A stretch of DNA of 64,000 bases from Octopus sinensis (taxonomy: Eukaryota). A program made the translations under genes and the position numbers. The notes below the pieces were generated by a model, which was not told where the DNA came from, did not search any database, and saw only the letters and a list, made by a program, of their open reading frames with translations. The DNA is taken from contig NC_043008.1 of the NCBI RefSeq assembly GCF_006345805.1, forward strand, positions 32,984,001 through 33,048,000, written 5' to 3'. Below are positions 1 to 12,645 of the stretch, piece by piece (positions within the stretch are counted from its first letter, which is position 1; every line of letters starts with the position of its first letter).

Positions 1-1214
1 AAAAGGATATTAAATGATGATGATGACAACAGGCACAAAGTCAAATATTCTGGAAGAGGAGACAATCAGTTCTGTCATGATCAGTTCCATTGTGGACTTA
101 TGACTGTAAGATTGCGGTTTCAATTCTTTGACTGGGCAACACATGTTCTTGATTAAACCACTTCATTTCACATTCCTCCAGTCCACTCAACCAGCAAAAA
201 TGAATAATCCTGCAACAGACCAGTGTCCTACCCAGGTGGGGAATAAATATACCGTGGAAACTGGGAAACCGGCCTTAAGAGTGTATATGACTCAGGAAGG
301 ATCTTTATTCTTTTTTCATTTTTTTTACTAGTAACTATTAGCATGGCGGTTAGGGTGTCAGCATCATGATCGTAAGATTGTGGTTTCAATTCCTGGAACA
401 GGTGACACATCGTGTTCTTGAGCAAACACTTCATTTCATGTTGCTCCATTCCACTCAGCTGGCAAAAATGAGTAACGCTGCGATGGACTGGCATCCCGTC
501 CAGCCGGGTAACACTTATGCCATAGAAACTGGGAAACCAGGCCCATGAGCCTGGCTAGGCCTTATAAGGGTGCATTTGAATTTGAGTAACTGCTATACAC
601 TGGTGGAGCTGCTGACAATAATAATTGCAGTTTTCTTGATAGTCACCCTTTCAGACTTGGTAATAGCAATGGTAGTGATGGTTGTTGTATCATTACTGTT
701 CCTGAAATTTCATTTCAAGGTTTCATTGATTTTATTAAGTGTCTTTTTCATTTTTTGATGCTACTGTTGTTGATGCTAATAATTATCTCATGTTTAGTCT
801 CATTACCATTGTTGATGTTGATGGTGGTGGTGGAAGTTTTAGCTGATAGTTTGTTGCTATTTTGTGTGTTGCTCTACAATAGGATTTTGTTACCTTGCTG
901 CCCACCCCCTTACTCCTCTAAACCTTAAAAATAAACATGAAACCAAGGATGTTGTTTCAATGAAGAAGAGACTTTGGGTGACAACTTCCTCGTGACTGAT
1001 TCTTTGCTGGCTGGTTGTAAAGGAACTAACTAACACTCTGGGATCTTGATGGGTGGTGCAACAAAATGCATAACAAAAATCCATTCAAAAATCCATAAAA
1101 GAGTAACAGGGGAAGGAGGACGATGATTAATTTTACTGCGCTTTTGATTTTGAGAAAAAATATATTTTTTACAACTTCTTGGTTTAGTGTTCTTCTGGTA
1201 ATCTTTTGTTCTTT

Positions 1215-1525
1215 TATTTGTTTCGGTTGTTTGACTGTAGCCATGCTGGAACACCACATTTTAGCCAAAGAAATCGACCCCTGGACTTATTCCCTGTAAG
1301 CCTGGTGCTTATTCTATCAGTTTCTTCTGCCAAACAGCTAAGTTACGGGGATGCAAACACACCAACATCGGTTGTCAAGTGATGGTGGTGGGGGGGGACA
1401 AACACAAATGCAAACACACACAAATAAATATATACATATAGATACATATATATATATATATATACATGACAGGCTTCTTTTAGTTTCCATCTATGAAATC
1501 CACTCATGAGGCTTTGGTCAGCCCG
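1215..1525 (-). mobile_element. Composite SINE (partial)
   Basis: Reverse complement of the 4321-4716 family. Confidence 0.8.
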
Positions 1526-3286
1526 TTCGAATTTTGCATTAGTTTTTGTATGAAAAAAAAAATGGAAGGAAAGAAGGCTTTTTAGTAGTTTGTAGAGGAA
1601 ACATTAAATGTGCCTGAAAAAGAAACATGGTCTTTCCCCCCAACTAAAAGACATGAAGAACTATGAAAGAAAGCAAATAAGTACCGGGGGTTGGGGAAAG
1701 AAAAGAAAACTAACAGTCAATCGTTCTAGAACTCCTAGAATGAAAACGTAAACACCTGAAAGACTTTCCCTCTATTCATTACTAAATATCTTTCCTTCTT
1801 CTTCATTGTTAAAAGTAAAGAAGCTAGAAGAGATCAATCATATGTCAATCTAATTGTCATTTTAAATGACTGATGCTTCCCTTTCTCTGTCTCTATCGCT
1901 TCACTCCTTTTCTCTACGGTTAAGAGAATAAAGGTGCATGGCTCAGTAGTTAGAGGTATTCGGACCATGATCGTAAAGTCATGAGTACAATTCCTGGTGG
2001 TGTGCTGTGTTCTCGAATAAAGTACTGTACTCCACCTTGCTTCAGTCCACTCAGCTGGCAAAAATTAGTTGTAGCTATAATTCAAAGGGCCAGCCTTGTT
2101 ACATTCTGTGTGAGGTTGAATATCCCTGAGAACTACATTATGGTATGCATGTCTGTGGAGTACTCAGCCACTTGCAGGTTAATTTTTATGAGCAGGCTGT
2201 TCCATTAATCAGATAAACAGGAACCTCATCATCGTAATGGACAGAGTACCGTTTTTTAATAAGAGTGAAAGAAAAGGAAATGTTCCATATCGTAAGGCAA
2301 AAATGTTGTGTGTTTAGTATAAACAGTGAAAGCTAAAATGAAATAATTGCTATTCCGTCATGTAGTGACTTCACCCTGAACTCACGCTCAGTTTGATAAA
2401 AATGGAAAGAAGTATGCATGTTATACAATAAACAAAGAAAGAAAATATACATAGTATACAATGGAAAAAAGGGTGCTTCTGATACAGGAGGACCTTTAGG
2501 GATAATTGAGGAACCCCACCATCCAAGATCTCCTTGAACACCAAAGGCAATTCCTTGTCTTTGATTTATGGGTCTACACTTTGAGAGGTACTATCCACTC
2601 TTGCCATTTCAATACAGACAGGGAGAGGGAGAGACAGAGATAGGAAGAGGGGTAAAGGATCAGGGCAGAGATATAAAGAGAGAGATAGAGAGAGAGAAGA
2701 AAGATCATCTCCTCTTGAGTCAGTCAGGACAATGGAGAAATATGAAGAGACAAGAGATTATGAAGGGTTCCAGGTTGGTCATGAGTTCTGCAATTTCTTT
2801 GTTATATTTCAAACCACTGAGCCATCAAGAGGAATTCTCTGTATAAATGAATGTTTAATGTTGGAGTAGATAAATTAAAGTTGACATTCCAAGATCAGTT
2901 GAAAGGGTTGTTTAGTGTCACAGAATGTAATAGTATTGATCTTTTTGCTGCCATTACTCATACAGCACTGCTGATCAGATTTAATGTTTGGATATTCTCG
3001 ATTAAAAACAAATATTGTCATCTCTGATTCTGTTTTGTAACCAGAATCTGTGAGCAAAAAGATTAGGTTTTACGGATGGATAAATCGAGAGATTGTTAGA
3101 TGGATGGAGGGATATGATAGATTTAAAATGGATAGATAAGCAGGTAAGCAGACAAACTGACAAGCCAACAAGTTGGCAAGCAGACAGACAGACAGAGATG
3201 GAGTGTTTTTATAATGGAATTGACATTAACCAGAAAGCCTAATACGAAATTTCTCTGAATATTTACTTTCATTTTCATATTCATAG

Positions 3287-3328
3287 ATGAAATCTTTCCA
3301 GAATTGATGTCATCTTCCATCCCACCAG
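3287..3328 (+). CDS. Possible 42-nt phase-1/phase-1 exon of the NCX gene
   Basis: Strong acceptor tttactttcattttcatattcatag and donor cag|gttttg. Stop-free (D)EIFPELMSSSIPP, phase-compatible with exon 8989. No homology recognised. Confidence 0.3.
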
Positions 3329-3729
3329 GTTTTGTTAAAATAAAATAAATGCCAGTTGTTAACTGTTTAGACTTTAGTCAGCCTTTACACAGCAGACTTT
3401 GTAGAGTAAAATCAGTCAGACATAGAGAGAGCAGATATGCGATCAAAGATTTAGTCCAAGGCTTTGACACATTAAGCACATGCTCATTGGTATACACAAA
3501 GATCAGCACTGTAGTAGATTTATATCTAGCATGACACAACTAACTTGGGTCTAAATCATTTAGATCAGCCTTGATAGAGTGGGATTATGATTGATAATGG
3601 TTTATTTGTGAGCATCTTTCTTCAGACATAGTTCTTCCCTTTGATAAGATAGTAAGGTATGGTTTGAGGGAGATATGGTTTTATTTCATGCAGTCCAATA
3701 ACAACATTAAGGATACTTCATATTAGTTT

Positions 3730-4285
3730 CACCTTTTTTTACTTTTTTCTTTCACTCTTTTCACTTTTGGTTTTCTCTGTCTTCCTTCTTTTCTTTTTTT
3801 CCTTTTTCTCTCTTTCTTCTTTTCATTTTCTCCTCCTGTTTTCAATTTGACCTATCTCCTCTTTCTAATCATGCGCATCTCTTCTCTCCCCATCTATCCA
3901 CAAACATTACCAATACATTCTCAAATTTTCATTCACACTACAAAACACTTTTGAACAAGCAACACAGATTCCACAGCTCCATACTTTGACATGACTAAAC
4001 ATGAACTTCTATTGAAACTTACATACCATGTACAGGAAACTTTTTTACCACTTCTATACACCATTTCCTAGAAAAATGGAACTGCAACTACAATATCTTT
4101 ATGTATCTTATTTCTACTTTCATTCTCTTATTTCCATCTATATTCCCTATCTCCTCCTTTTCCATAATAATTTGAACGCAAATATTTTCTCTCTTTAACC
4201 TTCTCACACCATCTCAGATGAAGGGATATCCATAGTATCCCAGAAACAGCTGTAAGACTATTTCTTTATAAATGTCCTGAAAACT
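3730..4285 (+). mobile_element. Putative Penelope-like element terminal relic
   Basis: Pyrimidine-rich tract ending in the hammerhead motif at 4211-4258. No coding frame recognised. Confidence 0.35.
4211..4258 (+). ncRNA. Degenerate minimal type I hammerhead (Penelope type)
   Basis: TCT-CAGATGA-A-GGGATA-tccatag-TATCCC-A-GAAAC-AGCT-GT-A-AGA. Stem III is the palindrome ACAGCUGU; U4 is mutated to A. Confidence 0.6.
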
Positions 4286-4320
4286 CCTCACAGCCTTGGT
4301 TTTGTTATCTCATTCTGTCT

Positions 4321-4716
4321 TGCAGAAGTGGCTGTGTAGTAAGTAGCTTGCTAACCAACCACATGGTTCCGGGTTCAGTCTCACTGCGTGGCATCTTGGG
4401 CAAGTGTCTTCTGCTATAGCCCTGGGCCGACCAAAGCCTTGTGAGTGGATATGGTAGACAGAAACTGAAAGAAGCCTGTCGTATATATATATATAGATGT
4501 GTGTGTGTATATGTTTGTGTGTCTGTGTTTGTCCCCCTAGCATTGCTTGACAACCGATGCTGGTGTGTTTACGTCCCCGTCACTTAGCGGTTCGGCAAAA
4601 GAGACAGATAGAATAAGTACTGGGCTTACAAAGAATAAGTCCCGGGGTCGATTTGCTCGACTAAAGGCGGTGCTCCAGCATGGCCACAGTCAAATGTCTG
4701 AAACAAGTAAAAGAAT
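4321..4716 (+). mobile_element. Full-length composite tRNA-headed SINE
   Basis: Head gtggctgtgtagtaag...gggttcagtc, internal (AT/GT)n, tail cagcatggccacagtcaaatg..gaaacaagtaaaaga. CpGs are retained. Many related copies in the window. Confidence 0.9.
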
Positions 4717-4718
4717 AT

Positions 4719-5137
4719 AAATTCTATAATTATGAGTATAATTATAATTAGGGTTCAGCAAAATTTGCTTCACCACATACCGAAATTTAGAAATAGCAGT
4801 TAAACTACTATTTTACTACCATAAGATATCTCCTAGACAGCAATACTCAACAACTCACGCAGGTAAAATCTTGAAATACTGTTCTGATGAGGAGAGTGAT
4901 TGAATAGAAATATGATTTTACATTTTTCACATCTCTCTAACACCGAAACGTGTATGCAGTTAATCAGAGCTAGGTGGATTCGATATTTTTTTTCTCTTTA
5001 CCTGCATGAGTTGTTGAGTCTAGGAGATATCTTATGGTAGTAAAATAGTAGTTTAACTTCTATTTCTAAATTTCGATATGTGGTGAAGCAAATTTTGCTG
5101 GACCCTAATTATAATTATACTCATAATTATAGAATTT
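4719..5137. repeat. Long inverted-repeat element (~140 bp arms) with a central hammerhead-like motif
   Basis: Arms aaattctataattatgag...gcaggtaaaa and ttttacctgcatg...ctcataattatagaattt are near-perfect reverse complements. Confidence 0.9.
4878..4960 (+). ncRNA. Minimal type I hammerhead-like motif with intact core
   Basis: ACTGT-T-CTGATGA(4884-4890)-GG...CC-GAAAC(4945-4949)-GTGT-A-T-GCAGT. Stem I has one mismatch, stem II is partly deleted, and the cleavage triplet is GUA. Confidence 0.6.
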
Positions 5138-5414
5138 TTGTATAAGTTTACCGATAATGGTTCTTTTAACATACTGAACTACTTGGTAAAATTATTAATT
5201 ATTGATTGATTAATTAATTTTACCCATTATTATATATATATATAAACCACGGTGGCACATAAAAAGCATTGGTACTGGTGCCAAGTAAAAAGCACCCACT
5301 ACACTCTGTAAGGTGGTTGATACTAAGGAGGGCATCCAACTGTAGAAACCAAGTCAAAACAAACTATGGAACCTAGTGCAGTACCCTCAAAGCCCGGTAC
5401 TTTTCAGCACCCAC

Positions 5415-5437
5415 ATGTGTATATATGCATATATATA

Positions 5438-5489
<52 letters not shown>

Positions 5490-5539
5490 TATATATGTGT
5501 GTATATATATATATATATATGTGTGTATATATATATATA
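5415..5539. repeat. (AT)n microsatellite
   Basis: Direct read. Confidence 0.97.
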
Positions 5540-6267
5540 AGCCATTGAAAACTTTCAAGGTCTGAGAGTTTGTGTTTGACACTAGTCAACTTGATAAGTG
5601 CCACACATGAAACTCCTGTTTTTCAAGTTACTTTTGTAACTTTTCTGCCAATTTTTCCTTTTATTTAAAACAGTAGAGTGTAAGTAAATCAAAAATTTGG
5701 CTGTTATTTCTAGCGAGTTGACTTGATAGAACCTTTTTCATTGGCTTGAATATATAAGTACCAGTAATTTACCTGGATTAATTCAATTGACTACACCACT
5801 TCCTTTCGACACCACATTTGTGGTTTCTGCCATTATTGAAAGAAGTCAATAGAATGCAAATAAATTGCTTAGAGTCAGAAATACTATACTTTCAGCATTG
5901 TGACAAAACAAGAAATGATGAAAATGATACATCCAACCTTTGTTACACAATGCTGTCTGATAAGATTGATTTTCAAGTATTTCAAAGTATGAATTCGTAG
6001 TATAACACATAAGTGCTTGGATGTAACTTCTCAATACCAGCAATTGTTTCTGTTGGTAGAGAAACGTGAAACGTCAAGTATTGAACATTTACAATAGGGT
6101 AAACTTTACGTTTGTTGGTTTAAAATCAATGCCATGTTAAATGTGTTGTATACTATGTCCATAAACACTGTAGACAATTCTAAATAGCCCCGGAATTGCT
6201 TAACAGTATTTTTGCTACTAGTAAATTCTCAGTACATACCTCGTTTCATAGGCATGCTGAAATGTGT

Positions 6268-6305
<38 letters not shown>

Positions 6306-6487
6306 GAGAGAGAAGCCAATATTCAGAATTTATAACTTCAAAAGACATACACACATGTAGAAATATATATTATATGATCATATGCATGTGTATGTGTCTG
6401 TATATATGTATATGCAGGCTTACACATACACATATAGATCACCCCAAGCCAGTATGGAAATCAGATATTATTAAATGTGGATGGTGA

Positions 6488-6524
<37 letters not shown>

Positions 6525-7012
6525 CAGACACACATATATATATATACATGTATGTATGTGTATATATAACTTGTTATTAATGACCCCCTGCAGGGCATGA
6601 CATCTCACCATTTCTTTAGAACTCAGTATGCTCTATTACACTTCAGCACCTGGAAAATATATTTATGTTACTACACAGGTAATCATTTGTTACAAGTGCA
6701 CTGGCAATGCTAATCAATAAGTACACACAATGATTAAATAACATGAGAATAACGAGAGCATTTAATTTAATCATTTTGTCCTTTATTGAATTGTTTACTT
6801 CTGAAGAAATGGTACTCACTAAATTGTACCTTTGAAACATATGCAAAGGATGAGATAATAAAAGTAACCACTGCCATTATTATCTTGTTATTTAATTATA
6901 TATGAATGTAAAAGATGCATGTGTGGCTATGTGGATAAGAAGCTTGCTTTCCAACCATGTTGTTTAGGTTCAATCCCTTCTGTATGATACCTTGGACAAG
7001 TGATTTATACTA

Positions 7013-7220
7013 TGATGGGGTACTGAAGATTTCCTGGCTTTAAGGGTATCACAAAAGGCTTTGCTGGAGGTCCAACTTTCTGGGTTCTTTTACAGGGTTT
7101 AGAAAAACTGAAGGCCCACTGCAATAAGTGTGTGAATCTTAGATGGGAATATGTTGGATAAAATCATAATTAACTGATCCTCCTGTATTTTCTTTTACCC
7201 AAAGCCAGGAACTTAAATCT
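7013..7220 (+). mobile_element. Mariner-derived short non-autonomous element
   Basis: Inverted ends ttcctggcttt..gggta / taccc.aaagccaggaa. The interior reads LQGLEKLKAHCNKCVNLRWEYVG*, resembling a mariner transposase C-terminus. Confidence 0.65.
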
Positions 7221-7562
7221 AATTTGTTTTAACGTTTTCCACTATGCTACTCCTATTTCATAATATTCATCATTTAATGTATACTTTTCCACCCTTGCAT
7301 GGGTCAGATGGAATTTGCTAAGGCAGATTTTTCTACAGTTGGATGCCCTTTCTGCTGCAAACCCTCACTTGTTTCTAGGTGTAGCTACATATTCGTTTTT
7401 TTGCGGAAGACTGAAAACAAACAACCTCATTTGTATGACAATTTACAACCATCATAAGACTGATCAACCACAGTCAGACACACTGTGACCCGTCTTCTCC
7501 TATGTGATGTCTTTGGTCATCATCAACAATCACAGACAAACATTATTATTAATATATGTATG

Positions 7563-7897
7563 TGAAGGTGCATGGCTCAGTGGTTAGAGCATAGAACTTA
7601 CGATCGTGAGGTTGTGAGTTCAAATCCCGTAACGGGCTGCATGTTGTGTTCTTGAGCAAGACACTTTATTTCACATTGCTCCAGTTCCCTCAGCTGTAGA
7701 AATGAGTCGTGATGTCACAGGTGCCAAGCTGCATCAGCCATTACCTTTCTCTTGGATAACACTGGTGGCGTGGAGAGGGGAGGCCAGTATGCATGGGCGA
7801 CTGCTGGTCTTCCATAAACAACCTTGCCCAGACTTGTGTCTGGGAGGATAACTTTCTAGGTGCAATCCCACGGTCAGTCATGACCAAAGGGGGTCTC
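7563..7897 (+). mobile_element. tRNA-headed SINE (third family)
   Basis: Head ggtgcatggctcagtggttagagc...gagttcaaatccc, conserved gttcttgagcaagacac box. Relatives at about 1930, 41372-41712 and 43030-43390. Confidence 0.88.
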
Positions 7898-8988
7898 AGC
7901 AGCAATATATATGACAGGTTTCTTTCAGTTTCCATCGACCAAATCTACTCACAAGTCTCTGATCGGCCCAAGGCTCTAGTAGAATACTTTTGCCTGAGGT
8001 ACCACACAGTGAGACTGAACCTAACCCAAGACCATATGGTTGGGAAGCAAGCTTCTAAACCACACAGACATGCCTGTACCTATTCTTATCTGGCCAATTA
8101 CTTAGCAAAGCAGAAAAAGTCATAAATACATACATATCTATTGATATTATTAAAAATTCTGGTCAAGTAATCATAGTAATCTACAATTAAAGAAGAAAAT
8201 GTTAAAAGCAGATTAGTATATATTTAATACATTGTGTCTTTATGACACGGCCACAGTGTTTCAGCTCTTATTACTTTCCTCTAATGAAACATAAGTTGAA
8301 ATATCTTGGCTTATGTTGTAAGGAAACAATCAAATAGATAAATGCATAACTATATTATACATACTTAGCACAAGCATGTTGTAAGAAGTTTGCTTCCCTG
8401 TCATGTGGTTCCAGGTTCAATCTCACTGCATGACACTTTGGGCAAGTATCTTTAACTATAGCACCAATCCACTAAAGTCTTGTGAGTGGATTTCGTAAAG
8501 GAAAACTAAAAGAATCCCATTGTATATATGTGTGTGTGTGTTACTGTCTTTTTACCTTTACATCACATAGTAGCTGTAAATGAGTGTTGTCATCATACAA
8601 GTGTTGTCCTCATATCTGGTTACAGGGAAATATTACCTTACTTGGAAACAGGTGAGGGTTGGTGACAGGTAGGACATCCAACTGTAGAAAATTCACCTCA
8701 GTAAATTCCATCCACCCCATGAAATCACGGAAAAGCGGGTGTCAAAACAATGATGATGATGCTTATGTCTAGCATGGCAAGTTAGCCTTCTATGAACTGA
8801 TGGCTTACCACAAGAAATAACCCATGAATAAGATTACGAATGAACTATTAAGATTTTCTGTTCAATTCTACATTGAAGACATCAGCAGTTAATTCATTCA
8901 TAATACATCTCATTATGAATAGCATGAATTGACATTTTTTTTTTATTTGTCATTTAATTAATTTTTTTTTTTTTTCTTAATAATCCAG

Positions 8989-9067
8989 ATGAACTGGCTG
9001 TACGTTTAGGAGAAGCAATAGAAGAATCTGAAGAAGAATCAATGTCCTGGTTTGAACAAATTACAAG
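8989..9067 (+). CDS. Na+/Ca2+ exchanger (NCX/SLC8-like), internal exon at the end of the cytoplasmic loop
   Basis: T-rich tract + AG at 8987-8988, GT at 9068. Reads (D)ELAVRLGEAIEESEEESMSWFEQIT(S). SWFEQI matches the NCX 'SW.EQF' motif, and the terminal AG joins the first T of exon 33330 in frame. Confidence 0.88.
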
Positions 9068-9392
9068 GTATTTTTTTATTCTCGTGATGCATAAGAAAGT
9101 TACATTGCATATGAAATCCTTTACACTATCCTGTTGTTACTGTTTTTTGGCCTAAAGCAAGTTCACAGTGAACTGACTTATGATCAAAGGCAATCCTTTC
9201 ATGATCATCCTGTCATTTTTATTTCAAGTATTGCATATCTGGTATGTCCCAGTTCTAATAATACAGTAGTGTGCAACTTGAGAGAGATTTGGCTGCTATT
9301 TCTGGCTAGACTAACAAAAAACTGAAGCACCCTCCTACCAACTTGTTTTTTCTGGAGTTGCTAGACATCCAGTCAATCAGAAATTACCTTTA

Positions 9393-9565
9393 CACTTTAG
9401 CATTCAGATTATCCTGTCAAATATATGCTTATTTGTTAACATTGTTTTGAATTAATCATGCATTATCTCATAGCTTTGAGATTTCAGTGTTGTAATTTAT
9501 TTTTCAAAATGACATTGTAGGGTAGGTGTGAAAGGCCAGATCTAGCTGCTTTAAATGCTAAAGTG
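9393..9565 (+). mobile_element. piggyBac-type MITE, internally deleted copy
   Basis: Ends cactttagcatt / aatgctaaagtg|ttaa, with the same internal sequence as 45901-46120. Confidence 0.7.
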
Positions 9566-9785
9566 TTAAAGATGACTGCTTTGACCTGTCTTTCTTTCAG
9601 ATGTACTCTCCTAACCTTTGTATTCCAGGACTCACCAACTAGGAAGCAGAACAGTGTATCAGTGCACATAGATTGTTCTCACAATGATGAAGGTGCTCTA
9701 TATACTGCTCTAGACTTTATTACTATAGTGAATCCTTTTCTCAGAGAATGTTACAAGTGCTCTTCCAATTCTAAACCAATAACTT

Positions 9786-9823
<38 letters not shown>

Positions 9824-9844
9824 TTATTATTATTACTATTAAGG

Positions 9845-10145
9845 TAGGAAAGGCAGTGAGCACACCAGGTAAAATGCTTAGGAGCATTTTGTCTGTCTTC
9901 ATATTCCAAGTTCAAAAGTTTCTACCATTAAAGGCAGCAAGTTGGCAGACTCATTAGAGTGTAGGAAAAATACGTTGGGTTATTTTTTCCAACTCTTTAT
10001 GTTCAGATTTCAAATCTTACTGAGGTCAACTTGCCTTTCATCTCTCTGGAGTGAATAAAATAAAGAACATTGAGGTACTGGGGTTGATGTAATCAACTTG
10101 CCCCTTCTCCAAAAATTGCTGGACATGTGCCAAAATCTGAAATCA
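9845..10145 (+). mobile_element. Cluster of partial short-SINE copies
   Basis: Same modules as 14608-14824. Confidence 0.75.
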
Positions 10146-10166
10146 TTGTTATTATAATTATTGATA

Positions 10167-10888
10167 GGCTTGTCCAATGTGCGTGCAGAGTGACAAAACC
10201 ATTCTGCACGCCCTCATTCAGTGTCCAGGCATTACTGACCTGTGGGGTTATGTCAAACAGCTGCTGTTACATATGGGACAGATCAGTTGGTTGGCCGAGT
10301 CTGTAGTGATAATTGCCCCATCACCCTCCTTCAATCAGATAGGCCAAGTAGTTTTTCTTTGCCTGGTGGCTGTGGTGAAAGAGGTTGTTTGGTGGACAAG
10401 GCTGAAAGGCATGAGGACAGATACATTCCTCTTTGGTAGAGCTCTCATTGACTCCTTCAAGTTTCACTTGAAAAGGAAATCAAGAATGGAGAGGGAAGTG
10501 CTGTACTCGAGTGAGTTTACTGAAAGATGAGTGAAAGTTGCAAAAATAGCAAGAGTAGATGGTACCTCTCTAAGTGTAGACCTGTGAGTCAGAGAGAAGG
10601 AATTGGAGAGAGCACTTCCTCTTGGGGTTTCAGGGAAATCTTGGACAGTGGGGTTCCTTGATTATCCCTAGAGACCTTCCTGTATCAGGGGGGCTACATT
10701 TCTATCATCCTCCCCACCCCTTTTTTAATTTTAAAACCTTTGTATGCTGTGCATACATCCCTTCTTTTACAGTGTATATCATGTATACTTACTTTTTCTT
10801 TTTATTATTTCATTATATGCAAACGCCCACACTTTATATCTGTCTTTGTATTGTCCTTCTCATACGTCGCCCTTGTGGCAAATAAATG
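10167..10888 (+). mobile_element. Tx1/L1-clade LINE 3' fragment
   Basis: ORF 10177-10530 contains a CPMC...HALIQC zinc knuckle and FKFHLKRK.RMERE, followed by a 3' UTR ending in aataaatgaaatc. Confidence 0.75.
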
Positions 10889-11930
10889 AAATCATCAGCA
10901 GCAGTAGCAGCAGTAGTAGTAGTAGTAGTAGTAGTCAGAATGGCAAACTGGCAGAATTGTTAGAGCATCAAAAAACCTACCTTGCATTTATTCCAGCCAT
11001 TTACATTCTGGGCTCAAATCCCATCAAGGTCAATTTTGCCTTTCCTACTTTCAGAAAAGTACCAGTCAAGTCCTGGGTTGGTGGCATTGACTTCCCCACC
11101 CCTCAAAATTTTTGGCTTTGTACCTAAAATACAAGCCATTATTAGTAAAAAATTATTAGTAAAAATTCACAAGTAGACAAAACATCAAAGATACTTTCAT
11201 TTTAATTATTGAAAACAGTTTTAGTAATAATAATTAATTAACTATTAGTCAATAATTAAACGGTCAAAATTTACTTTCTATGACATGTTGCAAATGATGG
11301 TGCGTAGTGTTATCAATTAGACTGCTTCAGATGTTTACAAGACTTTAGCACCAGTTCTATTGAATGACATCCATTTCTGATGTTATTTGCTTTTCATTTA
11401 ATTGTCTCATTAAATGTTACAACACGTTTTCAATTGGGTTGATATCTGTATCTGGTTATTAAGAAGGTCAATACAGAAGCTCAAATGCTTTCACTTGAAA
11501 GCAAGCTATCGTATTCATGATTTGTGAATTGCAGCTATTATTTTACAGAAAATTCCAACTCTTTAGAACTTTCAATAGTTTATACAATCATTTTTTCACT
11601 CTTTTTTTTTTTCCAATAGTTTTCACTATCATGCCAACTTCACTTGTCATTAATTTTACCAACATTCTTGCTGTAAAAACACCACCAATTCTGTCATTTT
11701 CCTGCATTTCAAATATACCATTGGTCATGTGTGTGTGTATTTATATGTGTGTATGTATGTAAACACTGAAATGTTAACAATGAGAATAAAGATTAATGAA
11801 AGTAGAAACTGGAAGCACAGCCTTATAATGTAATTATTGAAACCAAGACTCAGAATTATAAAGTTTGAAGATACAGCTTAAACAATTGTGTGTGTGTGTG
11901 TGTGTATGTGTGCATGAGCACTTGTGTATT

Positions 11931-11984
<54 letters not shown>

Positions 11985-12645
11985 CATACACTCACAGGCA
12001 CTTATGCATCATCACATCATCATTGTTTAACATCCACTTTTTCATGTTCAATTGAGCTGGACAGAATTTGTTAAGGCAACTTTTCTATGGCTAGATACCC
12101 TTCCTGTCACCAACCTTTACCTGTTTCCAAATAAGGTAATATTTCCCAATGACCAGACATGTTTTCACAAAAGATTAGAAATGATTGACACTGTTTGCAT
12201 GACAGAGACCCTCACAACTATCATGTGATGTCAAGGCAAAGAGACAGTATCACACACACACACACACACACACACATTTATATGACAGGTTTCTTTCACT
12301 TTGTCTATCAAATCCAATCACAAGGCTTTGATCCAACTGGAGCTCTAGTAGAAGACACTTGCCCAAGTTTCCTCATTGTGGACTGAAATTGAAGCTATAT
12401 GGTTAGGAAGTAAACTTCTCACCACACAGCCACACCTCTACCTACACCTCTATGCATTAGATGCAAAAGAGATCAATACAAAAATAATCCAGTGGCATAG
12501 TAATTAAGACACACATCAATATGGACATCAAAATACTCCTGGGCTAATTAGCTTCACCACACTGAAGATTTATCAAGAGCAAGAAGTGTCTAGAAGCCAA
12601 AAGGCCAGATATATAGAACTTATTTATATTATCATTTTTATTTAT

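Noticed and set aside
880-1140. Coding-looking stretch near the window start
   Set aside because: There are stops in all frames, no convincing splice pair and no recognisable NCX or TE homology.
2700-3060. Open stretches (MEKYEETRDYEGFQ; LTFQDQLKGLFSV) as possible upstream NCX exons
   Set aside because: Acceptors are poor and the similarity to Calx-beta or SW.EQF motifs is only superficial.
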